A program made the translations under genes and the position numbers. Below, piece by piece: positions 54,267 to 63,103 of a stretch of 64,000 nucleotides of DNA. Each line of letters opens with the position of its first letter. The stretch's first letter is position 1. The stretch is from a bacterium (lineage in GTDB: Bacteria > Verrucomicrobiota > Verrucomicrobiia > Verrucomicrobiales > Akkermansiaceae): the NCBI GenBank assembly GCA_018222765.1, contig JAAEZT010000014.1:37007-101006 (forward strand), given 5' to 3'. Below the pieces are notes generated by a model. That model saw only the letters and a program-made list of their open reading frames with translations, searched no databases and was not told the DNA's origin.

Positions 54267-55658
54267 TTATCTTCCGCCGCCGCGTCCACCACGACCCCTG
54301 AAGTCGAAGCCGCCCCCGCGGCCTGGTTCGGTAATTCTTTTAACCGTTTCCTCAGGAAGGTTGGCGGCGGCGATCCATTCGTTGGCAGCGGTTTTGTCAT
54401 CGCGATACCAATCGCGTGCGACGTCGATTTGAGTTTCCAGTTTGAGATCGGCGTTGGAAATCGTATCGGCCCACTCCATGGCGGCAACGGGGTCATCATT
54501 GGCGACGCGTTCAGCGAAGGCTCCCACCGCAGAGTCACGCTCGGGTGAGGGATCGAGGTCGCCGATAAATTCAGCGACTTCTTCCGGGCTTTCACGAACC
54601 CAGGATTCGACAGCTTCTTCGTAGGCTTCGGCTTTGGCTTTTCCGGAGAGGTTATCCGCCCACTTAAGGACTGCTTCCGGGTCCTCGCGGGCCCAGGAAT
54701 CGGCGAGACGGTTCGCGGCAGTGGCGATGGCTTCGTCTTCACCATTTTTAACGATGTATTCGGCTGCCGCTTCGCGGTCGTCGCGCATGAGTTCTCTGGT
54801 GACTTCGGTGAAGGCTCCGGAGCGGAGCTTGGGGTCCGTGACGGTGCTGGCCCAGCTTTGAGCGGTGTCGAGTCCCTGCTCGATCATTTCGCTGGTGATC
54901 ATCGACATATAGTAGCCTTTTTCGCGGCCATCGCCTTCACCCTCGGGGAGGGATTGCACGAAGCCCATCGCATCGTCGACGCCGTTGACAAGCATGCCCT
55001 GGATGATTCCGGCGGCGCCAAATCGTTTTTCCATTCCGTCTTCCAATCCTTCGAAATGGGCAATGGCGGCTCCACTGTCGGAGGTGGCCCAGCCGGAGAG
55101 GGCGGAGATCATTTCCCGACCGAGACCACCAGGGCCTCCGCGACCACCACGGCCGCCTTCGCCTCCCATTGCATCGGACATTTCCTTGAGCGCTGCGATG
55201 GCACCGGCACCGTCGATACGTCCCCAGGCATTGGCGAGGAGTCGGAGCTCGTCCTCGCCACCGCGACCCATCGGTCCGCCACGGCGGTTTTTCTGCAGAG
55301 CAAGGAAGGCGTCCTTGGCATTTTCAGGAGTGAGTTTTTCGAGGAGAAGAGCGAGCATCTTCTGTCGCAGGAGGGGATCGTTGGTTTCCGAAAGCTCTTT
55401 GATGGCGGATGCCATGTCTTGAGGAGAAATTTCGCCCACCTGGAGGTACTTCGAGAGAAAGCGGCTTTCGGCGCTGCCGCTTGATGCGCTTCCTCCTGGT
55501 CCGCGATTGTCGCTGGAAATGACACGTTGCCGGGTGTTGGCATCGTCGGGATTGGCTGCTTGATCGGAATCCGCGGAGTCCGGACGGGCGACCCACCCGA
55601 GGCCAAAAGCTGCGGCCGCTGTCAGAGTAACGAGAGGGATGATGGTAGAGTTTTTCAT
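54267..55658 (-). CDS. Secreted or anchored helical-repeat protein with RGG-rich segments
   Basis: 463 aa with an N-terminal signal/anchor (IIPLVTLTAAAAFGLGWV). It has repeated ~35-aa helical units of the form (S/D)W(A/V)RE(D/S)PE(A/E)V..(W/F). There is an internal GGEGGRGGRGGPGGLGR and a C-terminal GRGGGFDFRGRGGRGGGR. Confidence 0.6.
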   Translation of the reverse strand: MKNSTIIPLVTLTAAAAFGLGWVARPDSADSDQAANPDDANTRQRVISSDNRGPGGSASSGSAESRFLSKYLQVGEISPQDMASAIKELSETNDPLLRQKMLALLLEKLTPENAKDAFLALQKNRRGGPMGRGGEDELRLLANAWGRIDGAGAIAALKEMSDAMGGEGGRGGRGGPGGLGREMISALSGWATSDSGAAIAHFEGLEDGMEKRFGAAGIIQGMLVNGVDDAMGFVQSLPEGEGDGREKGYYMSMITSEMIEQGLDTAQSWASTVTDPKLRSGAFTEVTRELMRDDREAAAEYIVKNGEDEAIATAANRLADSWAREDPEAVLKWADNLSGKAKAEAYEEAVESWVRESPEEVAEFIGDLDPSPERDSAVGAFAERVANDDPVAAMEWADTISNADLKLETQIDVARDWYRDDKTAANEWIAAANLPEETVKRITEPGRGGGFDFRGRGGRGGGR

Positions 55659-55936
55659 GATGGGATCAATTGGAATCGCCCCTTAAACCGGTTAGGAGCG
55701 GAGAGGTTGCGTTTTTTTTTGGATTTTAGAGTGTGCCACCTGCCCTGTGTGCCCCTTCCCTCGTTTATCACCGTCCTTTTTCGGAGGCTTCTCGGAATGG
55801 TGGGGCATTTGTCCCGGCTGACGAGAGCATTACGGTGACCTTTGCGGAATTGCTTTCCCGTAGGCGTAAGTGGTCTGAATGAGAGTGCCTTACTTTAGAG
55901 GCTGATTTTTTTTTGAAGGGCGGTAGAATCCCCCTG

Positions 55937-58900
55937 ATGAGATTCTTTGGCTTGATCCCTTTGGTCACGGTAGCGCTGCTCGCCCCTGCGAAGGCTGATT
56001 TGGTGGCTCACTATGCTCTGGATGAGGCCGGGGGCGGAAGCGTAGTGACTGATTCGTTGGGAAATAATCCCGGGGCTTTGATTGGATCGGGGACCGCAAC
56101 GAAAGGGGTCTCCGCGCCCCACGGAACGGGCTATGATTTTGAGCTGAGATCCGGGTTTAGTATTCCGCCGACTGCGGCGGTGCGGCCAAGCGATCAATTC
56201 ACCATCACCTGGTGGTTTAAGCCCACCACGCTGAATGCTTTTGATCGCATGTATGAATCGCTTGCGGGAACGGGAAATGATGGGAACGGCATCCGCATTG
56301 ATTTGGGAGGTTCACCGGGGAATAAAGTGCGCGCTCTTTTACGCGATGGCAATGGCTCGACGAATACCGTTGTGACCAATCCGCTCGTGCTTTCGACAGG
56401 CAATTGGTATTTCTTTGCGCTGCGTTACGATTCGCTCCTTGGGGAATGTAAAGTGACTGTCCTTCAGGATACCGGAGGGAATATCGCGGGTTCGGCGATC
56501 ACGGGGGCAACGCAGACTAGCACGTCCCTGGGGACGAATGCCATCACCCATGCCACCGGGGTCTTTATCGCGGCCGATGAAGGCAGTGCGGCGGGGGGCA
56601 ACGACTTTGGCGGGGCGATGGATGATATCGCGATTTTTCAAACCGGCGATGCCTTTGGTGTGCTGACTGATGCGGAGTTGGCGGAAGTCTACAATGGTGG
56701 AGCGTTGGCTTTTGACCCCCCCGCTCCGCGGCCGACGATCAATTCGTTTTCAGCCGACTCGACTTCGGTGAGCAGCGGGCAACTTGTGACGCTGAGCTGG
56801 GATGTGGCCATGGCGGATACGATTGAAATCACTCCTGGATTTGGTCTTGTCAGCGGGGCCACGGGGTCGGTTGTTTTCAATGTTTCGGCGACCGAGATTT
56901 ATACTCTCACCGCGACGAATGCCGAGGGCAGCGTGAGTCAGAATTTGCAGATTACCGTCGACGGTCTCGATCTCGCTCCGCAGATCAGCGAATTCGTTGC
57001 GAGCAATTCCGAGTTTGACGATGGTGATGGCAATTCGACGGATTGGATTGAGATTCATAATCGCAATGTCACGTCTTTCGATCTCAGCGGGTATTATTTG
57101 ACGGACGACGCGAACCAACTTTCGAAGTGGGCTTTTCCGGCCGGGACCACGTTGACCGGAGAAGAGTATTTCGTGGTCTTTGCCTCCGGGACGAACGCGC
57201 CTGACAGCGCCGGGAATTTGCATACCAACTTCAGCCTGAAATCCGGCGGGGAATATCTCGCGCTCGTTGCGCCGAATGGCACCACGGTGATACAGGAATT
57301 TTCGCCGACGTATCCGGAGCAGAAGACGAACGCGAGTTATACTTCGGCGGGATATCTTTTGGAGCCCACGCCGCGAGCCGCGAATATTGGAACAGCGCAG
57401 GCGGGATTTGTGAAGGACACTTCTTTTGATGTCGACCGCGGGCATTACACCTCCGCGTTTGATGTCACGATTACGACCTCCACACCTGGAGCGGACATTT
57501 ATTACACTACCGACGGCACCGTTCCGTCGCCCGGTAATGGCACCTTGTATGCCGGCCCGGTGACGATCGCCACCACCACTGTCTTGAAAGCGGCGGCGTA
57601 TCAGAGCGGGTTTATTCCGACCGATGTCGATACGCAGAGTTATCTCTTCCTCAATGATGTTCTCACGCAGCCAAATAATCCGCCAAACACCACGACGACC
57701 TGGGCAGGTAAGATTGCTGATTACGAAATGGATCCCGATATCGTGACCGACCCGGCATACGCCAGCGACATGATCCCGGCTTTGCAGAAATTTCCTTCCT
57801 TGTCGCTGACTTTGGATCCCGATGATTTTTATGGTCCGCAGGGAATTTACCAAAATCCGCAAAGCGATGGCTCGAATTGGGAGCGCGCGGTTTCGGCGGA
57901 ATTACTCCCACACGACGGAAGTGAAGCGGGATTCCAAATCGACGCCGGGATTCGGATTCAAGGTGGCAGCAGCCGGAATCCCGATACGCCGAAGCACAGC
58001 ATGAGCCTGCGCTTTCGTAATGACTACGGCGCGGGGAAATTGAACTACCCGCTCTTCCGTGATTCACCGGATGGCCGGGATGCTGTGGAGAAATTCGATA
58101 CGCTGCAACTTCGTTCGGGATACAACTACGGCTGGACCCACCGTCACCCCTGGCAGTCGGACTACGCGCAATACAACCGTGATCAATTTTCAAACGACCT
58201 TTTTCGTGCGATGGGAAATCATGGCACCCACGGTCGATGGGTGCATCTCTACATCAATGGAATCTATTGGGGGATTTACCACATTCACGAACGTCCCGAT
58301 CAAGATTACATGGCGTCTTACTTTGGGGGGGAATCTGATGATTATGATGCCATCAATTCAGGGGCGGCGAAATCGGGGACGACGACGGCCTACAATGCCA
58401 TGGTGAATGTCGCCAAAGGAAATATTTCCGATTCTTCGGTATACGCCACGATGAAAACGCATCTCGATGTCGATGCCATGATTGACTACATGCTCATGAA
58501 TTTCTTTGTCGGGAACAACGACTGGGATGGTCACAACTGGCGGGCCGCGGGAACCGGTCCGACCGGAGTTCCATTCCAGTTTTTTGCCTGGGATACCGAA
58601 TTCGCGATCTCTCAAAATCGAAATGGAACTACTCCGATCAGCGGAGCGTTGATGATGAATGTCACAGGGAAAAATGGAAACAATCGCCCGACCGGAGTGC
58701 ACCAGGATCTCACTGGCAATGCGGACTATGTGATGCAATTTGCTGATCGGGCTCACGCGATGTTTTTCAATGGCGGCTTGTTTACTCCTTCGGGAGCAGA
58801 GGCGATTTGGCGTCGACGATCCGACGAAATGGATGTTGCGATCGTGGCGGAGTCCGCGCGTTGGGGAGACTACCGGGTTCACGTGCAGGCGGCGAGTAAT

Positions 58901-59980
58901 TGGAGTCAATCGGACTACGATCTGTATACCAGAGATGATCATTATTTCCCAAATCAGAACTGGATCACGGGAACCTATTTGCAACAACGTCCGGCGATTG
59001 TCCTTCAGCAACTCCGGGATCGGAATCTCTATCCGGATGTTGATGCGCCGGTTTACGGTCAGGTTGGAGGGGTTCTGACGATGACCAACCCCAATGGCTC
59101 TGGCACGATTTACTTTACCACCGATGGCTCCGATCCGCGTGACCAGGGTTCGCCGATCTATAGTGCGCCGATCAATCTCGTGACCAGTGCGACCTACAAT
59201 TCACGGGTTCTAGAAGGGGGAGTTTGGTCGGCACTGCAGTCGATGGATATTCTTACCGGTGTTCCTGCTAACGCCACGAACCTCGTTATCTCCGAAATCT
59301 ATTACAACGAGCCCGGTTCCGGAGAAGCGAATGAGTTCATCGAATTGACGAATATCTCTGAAGTGGAAATCAACTTGAGCAATCTTACCTTCACCGAGGG
59401 GCTGACCTATACCTTCCCGGTAGGAAATGTGTTGGCGCCTGGAGCACAACTCGTGCTTCGCCCAACCGACTATACCGGCAGTCTCGATAACGGTGGCGAG
59501 ACCATCACCTTAAATGATGCCAGTGGTGCGATCATCGAAAGCTTCACTTATGGCGATTCCCTGCCTTGGCCGGAAGCGGCGGACGGAGGAGGTCATAGTC
59601 TCGTGCGCATCAGTCCGGCTTCGCAACTCAACCCTCACGATGCAACAAGCTGGCGTGCCAGCACGGCGGTGGGAGGAAATGCCGGAACGACGGATTCCAC
59701 GACCTTCCCTGGTGGTGATGATGCGGCGTTGTTGTCTTATGCCTTCGGGGACAGTGATGTTGATTTGGGCGCAGTCTTGGGAACCGTGGTGGTGCCAAGA
59801 AATCTCGCCGCCGATGATGTCATCGTCACGGTGCAGACTTCCATCGATCTTATCAACTGGACCGATCTCACGGAGGTCTCGGATGAAACCCTCCCTGCAG
59901 GCGGCCTCAGTTCACAGACCTACACCGTGGATCCCGAAGGCCTGAAAAGATTCTTCAGGGTGGCTATGCAGTTGCGTTAG
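55937..59980 (+). CDS. Giant secreted LamG - Ig-like - LTD - CotH - LTD protein with the recurrent C-terminal module
   Basis: The ATG at 55937 gives MRFFGLIPLVTVALLAPAKA; the listed ORF starts at a TTG (55913). The LamG is paralogous to the one at 22391.. The first LTD reads ISEFVASNSEFDDGDGNSTDWIEIHNRN..LSGYYLTDD. CotH blocks are HGRWVHLYINGIYWGIYHIHERPD and NDWDGHNW. The second LTD reads LVISEIYYNEPGSGEANEFIELTNIS. The tail reads ...RNLAADDVIVTVQTSIDLINWT...KRFFRVAMQLR. Confidence 0.8.
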   Translation: MRFFGLIPLVTVALLAPAKADLVAHYALDEAGGGSVVTDSLGNNPGALIGSGTATKGVSAPHGTGYDFELRSGFSIPPTAAVRPSDQFTITWWFKPTTLNAFDRMYESLAGTGNDGNGIRIDLGGSPGNKVRALLRDGNGSTNTVVTNPLVLSTGNWYFFALRYDSLLGECKVTVLQDTGGNIAGSAITGATQTSTSLGTNAITHATGVFIAADEGSAAGGNDFGGAMDDIAIFQTGDAFGVLTDAELAEVYNGGALAFDPPAPRPTINSFSADSTSVSSGQLVTLSWDVAMADTIEITPGFGLVSGATGSVVFNVSATEIYTLTATNAEGSVSQNLQITVDGLDLAPQISEFVASNSEFDDGDGNSTDWIEIHNRNVTSFDLSGYYLTDDANQLSKWAFPAGTTLTGEEYFVVFASGTNAPDSAGNLHTNFSLKSGGEYLALVAPNGTTVIQEFSPTYPEQKTNASYTSAGYLLEPTPRAANIGTAQAGFVKDTSFDVDRGHYTSAFDVTITTSTPGADIYYTTDGTVPSPGNGTLYAGPVTIATTTVLKAAAYQSGFIPTDVDTQSYLFLNDVLTQPNNPPNTTTTWAGKIADYEMDPDIVTDPAYASDMIPALQKFPSLSLTLDPDDFYGPQGIYQNPQSDGSNWERAVSAELLPHDGSEAGFQIDAGIRIQGGSSRNPDTPKHSMSLRFRNDYGAGKLNYPLFRDSPDGRDAVEKFDTLQLRSGYNYGWTHRHPWQSDYAQYNRDQFSNDLFRAMGNHGTHGRWVHLYINGIYWGIYHIHERPDQDYMASYFGGESDDYDAINSGAAKSGTTTAYNAMVNVAKGNISDSSVYATMKTHLDVDAMIDYMLMNFFVGNNDWDGHNWRAAGTGPTGVPFQFFAWDTEFAISQNRNGTTPISGALMMNVTGKNGNNRPTGVHQDLTGNADYVMQFADRAHAMFFNGGLFTPSGAEAIWRRRSDEMDVAIVAESARWGDYRVHVQAASNWSQSDYDLYTRDDHYFPNQNWITGTYLQQRPAIVLQQLRDRNLYPDVDAPVYGQVGGVLTMTNPNGSGTIYFTTDGSDPRDQGSPIYSAPINLVTSATYNSRVLEGGVWSALQSMDILTGVPANATNLVISEIYYNEPGSGEANEFIELTNISEVEINLSNLTFTEGLTYTFPVGNVLAPGAQLVLRPTDYTGSLDNGGETITLNDASGAIIESFTYGDSLPWPEAADGGGHSLVRISPASQLNPHDATSWRASTAVGGNAGTTDSTTFPGGDDAALLSYAFGDSDVDLGAVLGTVVVPRNLAADDVIVTVQTSIDLINWTDLTEVSDETLPAGGLSSQTYTVDPEGLKRFFRVAMQLR

Positions 59981-60066
59981 TGAATATGGAGAGGGTGATC
60001 AAGATGGTCGCGATCTCTATAATTGGGCTCGCCGGTGCCTAGAATTTTCATCACAATGGCTGCATA

Positions 60067-60849
60067 ATGATTCATTCAATTTGTTTATTTCTGGCCCTGA
60101 TAGCGGGAATAGCTATGGCGGCCGAGCCAATCCGTGATGTGAAGTATGATGACAAGCATCAGCGCAATGTGCTTGATTTCTGGCCAGCCCTGAAGAAGGA
60201 GAAGGCGGCTCCGGTTTTTGTGTGGTTCCACGGCGGAGGATTTCGCAACGGCGATAAATCCCAGTTGGAGAAAAGGCGTCGATCGTCTCTGGATGCCTAC
60301 CGGAAGGCGGGCTATGCGGTGGTGAGCTGCAATTATCCCTTCCTCGCCAAGGACATGGACTATCGGCAGATTGCGCATCATTGCGCACGGGCGGTGCAGT
60401 TTATCCGGTCAAAATCAGGGGATTGGAATATTGATCCGAAGCGCCTTTGTTGCGGTGGAGTTTCGGCAGGAGCATTGATCAGTGAATTTCTGGGCTATCA
60501 CGATGACTTCGCTAATCCCAAGGCGAAGGATGTGGTGACCCGCCAAAGTTCACGCCCCGGAGTGGTGGTGAGCATTATGCAGCCAATCGGAACGAAGGAC
60601 TTTGCCCTGCGATATATGGATAAGGGGGAGGCTCCGATTTTCATTTATTCCGACGCCCGGCCCAATGACCGAATTCACCCGCCGCAGCAGGCAGCCTTGC
60701 TTCATGAAAAAGCGAAAGCGCTGGGAATTCCCTCGGTCATTCATGGTGGAGGGCGCAATGACTTACCGAAAATCAACGGCGGTAAAACCTGGTTGGAGTT
60801 GCAGTTGGAATTTTGTCGGAAGCATCTCTCGGAAAAGGTAGCGAATTAA
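60067..60849 (+). CDS. Secreted alpha/beta hydrolase (HGG-type carboxylesterase/lipase fold)
   Basis: 260 aa with a signal peptide. The oxyanion block is VWFHGGGF and the nucleophile elbow is GGVSAGA (GxSxG). Confidence 0.7.
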   Translation: MIHSICLFLALIAGIAMAAEPIRDVKYDDKHQRNVLDFWPALKKEKAAPVFVWFHGGGFRNGDKSQLEKRRRSSLDAYRKAGYAVVSCNYPFLAKDMDYRQIAHHCARAVQFIRSKSGDWNIDPKRLCCGGVSAGALISEFLGYHDDFANPKAKDVVTRQSSRPGVVVSIMQPIGTKDFALRYMDKGEAPIFIYSDARPNDRIHPPQQAALLHEKAKALGIPSVIHGGGRNDLPKINGGKTWLELQLEFCRKHLSEKVAN

Positions 60850-60851
60850 GT

Positions 60852-61622
60852 ATGAAGAATTTGTTGCTCGGCATTTTTGCTTGTTTGGTTTCTTTGGGAA
60901 ATGCCGCGGAGAAGAATTTGCCTATCAAGGGAGGTGAGGTGTTTGAGGTGGATGGTCGGACTGCCTTTTTAATTCTGCCAGAGAAGAAGGCCGGGCCAAC
61001 TCCGTGGGTGTGGTATGCCCCGACCTTGCCGAGGTTGCCGGGGAACGAGGAGGTCTGGATGTTTGAGCAGTTTTTGGCGAAGGGAATTGCGATCGCGGGG
61101 ATTGATGTGGGGGAGTCATTTGGGAGCCCGGACGGGCGGGCCCATTATTCGAAGTTCCATAAACATTTGGTTGAGAAGCGTGGTATGGCGAAGAAGGCTT
61201 GTCTGATGGCGCGAAGCCGGGGAGGGCTCATGCTCTACAATTGGGCGGTCGAGCATCCTGAGTCGGTGGCCTGCATTGTGGGAGTTTATCCGGTGGGAAA
61301 TTTGACAAGCTACCCCGGATTGCCGAGGGCGTCGGGGGCTTACAAGATAAGCGCGGAGCAACTCGGTGCGAAGTTAAAAGCGCATAATCCCGTCGAGAGA
61401 CTGGCCCCACTGGCCAAAGCCAAGGTGCCGATTTTTCACATTCACGGTGACAGAGACAAGGTGGTCCCTCTGGAGGCGAATTCAGGATTAATCAAGGAGC
61501 GCTACGAAGCGCTGGGTGGCAAGATGATCCTGGAAGTTGTTCCGGGGAAAGGTCACGACATGTGGGTCGGATGGTTTCAAAGCCAGACGCTAGTCGATTT
61601 CTTGATCGCAAACGCCAGTTAG
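60852..61622 (+). CDS. Secreted alpha/beta hydrolase (dienelactone hydrolase / prolyl-oligopeptidase-like)
   Basis: The ATG at 60852 gives MKNLLLGIFACLVSLGNA; the listed ORF starts at 60813 inside the previous gene. It has an ARSRGG nucleophile-elbow variant and late HIHGDRDKVV and GKGHDMW blocks. Confidence 0.65.
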   Translation: MKNLLLGIFACLVSLGNAAEKNLPIKGGEVFEVDGRTAFLILPEKKAGPTPWVWYAPTLPRLPGNEEVWMFEQFLAKGIAIAGIDVGESFGSPDGRAHYSKFHKHLVEKRGMAKKACLMARSRGGLMLYNWAVEHPESVACIVGVYPVGNLTSYPGLPRASGAYKISAEQLGAKLKAHNPVERLAPLAKAKVPIFHIHGDRDKVVPLEANSGLIKERYEALGGKMILEVVPGKGHDMWVGWFQSQTLVDFLIANAS

Positions 61623-63025
61623 AACTTCAGGGAAATTCCGGTGCTCACGGTGGTGTCGTCTTTTCCTCGGTCGACGGCCGGGGCGTTGTCGTAGGCCCAG
61701 GTGGCTGTAATTTGCCAGGAGAGCATGGCAGAGATTTTGAGATTCAGTTGAGCGTCGGCAGCGAGAGAATAGTTGTCGCTGTTGGATGGATCGAGAATGG
61801 CGGAGAGGGATTGTTTGAATTCTGTAATTTCATTGATGGACCAGGTGAATTTTTCGGCGGCCGAGACTGAAAAGTAGTCATCAGTGATCCCACCGACCTT
61901 TTCGAAGGTCACCCCGGGGCCGGCTTCGATGCTTAAGCTCATATCGTCTTCCTTGACGAGATAGTGACCCAGAGTGACAGAGGGAGTGATGCGATAGCTC
62001 ATGTCGGAGAGTTGATTGCGGAGGTAGCCGAGTCCGGCTCCGAGGTAAGACTTTTTACTAAAAAAGTGATTGTACTGGGCATTAGCACGGAGGGTGTCGG
62101 TGTCGGTCGAATTGTCATTTTCAGCAAAGTTGTATTTGCTACTGAGGAGAACTTCGCGGTTATCTTCTTTGTAGGAACTATTGAACGAGAGCACGATGGT
62201 TTTACTCTCCGAGTTCCCACTATTAAGACCAAGGCCGAGGGAGGTAGCGGTGTTCCAGGAATTGGCAATAGATTCGGAGCCAGTTGGTTTCAGATCATCA
62301 AATCCTCCCAATGAATAGGAAAGTCCCATGAGGAGGGTGGTGTCGTCGGACTGGCGTCCGGCAGCAGGGGAGCTGTCGTATTGATAGCGAATCGAGCTCC
62401 GGAGAGCCCAGTGCTCGGAGATTGTGGTGTCGATGCCTGCCTCTGCGATGAGATTGTAGTCGTTAAAGTCATCGAACTTGGGTGTGAAGGCGATGCTTTG
62501 CCAAATCTTGGCACGTTTGCTGAGCTGGTGCTCGAAGCGTTGGACGAAGCGGTTGATCACGAGGTCGTGGTTCTCGCGACCTTGTTCTTCCCAGGCCATG
62601 CCGAGACCGGTTTCCAGAGAGAGGGAGGTGTTGTCGTTTTTGATCAAGTGATACCCCAGGCTTAATCCGAGCTCGGTGCGGTAGTCGAGGTCGGCGACGC
62701 GGTCGGTAAAATAAGAACCATTGAGACCATGGAAAAGTCTCTCGGTAAGCTGCCGGTTGTATTGTCCCTGAATCCGAAATGAGTCGGTGGAGGTGTCGCC
62801 GTCACTCTCCGAATAGAGCCAGTCGGCACCCAATAATACTTCGTTTTTGTCTTTGGCATACTTGGCGGACAACTGCAGCGAATGACTGGCGCTATCCGAG
62901 TTTCCGCTGGCGTAAGCAAGGGAGGCCGCGCCGGCGACCTTCCAAGGGGAGTCCGGCTGTGTCTCCTCGGAATACGCAAGATTTGAGAGGCCAAGAAAGG
63001 TCAGGAGAGTGAGGGATTTGTTCAT
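61619..63025 (-). CDS. Outer-membrane beta-barrel protein made of two DUF481 (YdiY-like) modules
   Basis: The ATG at 63025 gives MNKSLTLLTFLGLSNLAYS. There are two halves with the same pattern (...ASGNSDS... / ...NSGNSES..., alternating beta-strand sequence). It ends ...TTVSTGISLKF with an aromatic C-terminal residue typical of OMPs. Confidence 0.65.
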   Translation of the reverse strand: MNKSLTLLTFLGLSNLAYSEETQPDSPWKVAGAASLAYASGNSDSASHSLQLSAKYAKDKNEVLLGADWLYSESDGDTSTDSFRIQGQYNRQLTERLFHGLNGSYFTDRVADLDYRTELGLSLGYHLIKNDNTSLSLETGLGMAWEEQGRENHDLVINRFVQRFEHQLSKRAKIWQSIAFTPKFDDFNDYNLIAEAGIDTTISEHWALRSSIRYQYDSSPAAGRQSDDTTLLMGLSYSLGGFDDLKPTGSESIANSWNTATSLGLGLNSGNSESKTIVLSFNSSYKEDNREVLLSSKYNFAENDNSTDTDTLRANAQYNHFFSKKSYLGAGLGYLRNQLSDMSYRITPSVTLGHYLVKEDDMSLSIEAGPGVTFEKVGGITDDYFSVSAAEKFTWSINEITEFKQSLSAILDPSNSDNYSLAADAQLNLKISAMLSWQITATWAYDNAPAVDRGKDDTTVSTGISLKF

Positions 63026-63103
63026 CGAGAGAATGCAGGGCCGAGAATGTCTTAATGCCTCGACACAGCAACTCATCGTGAGACTCTTTGCAAGAACACT
63101 CAC

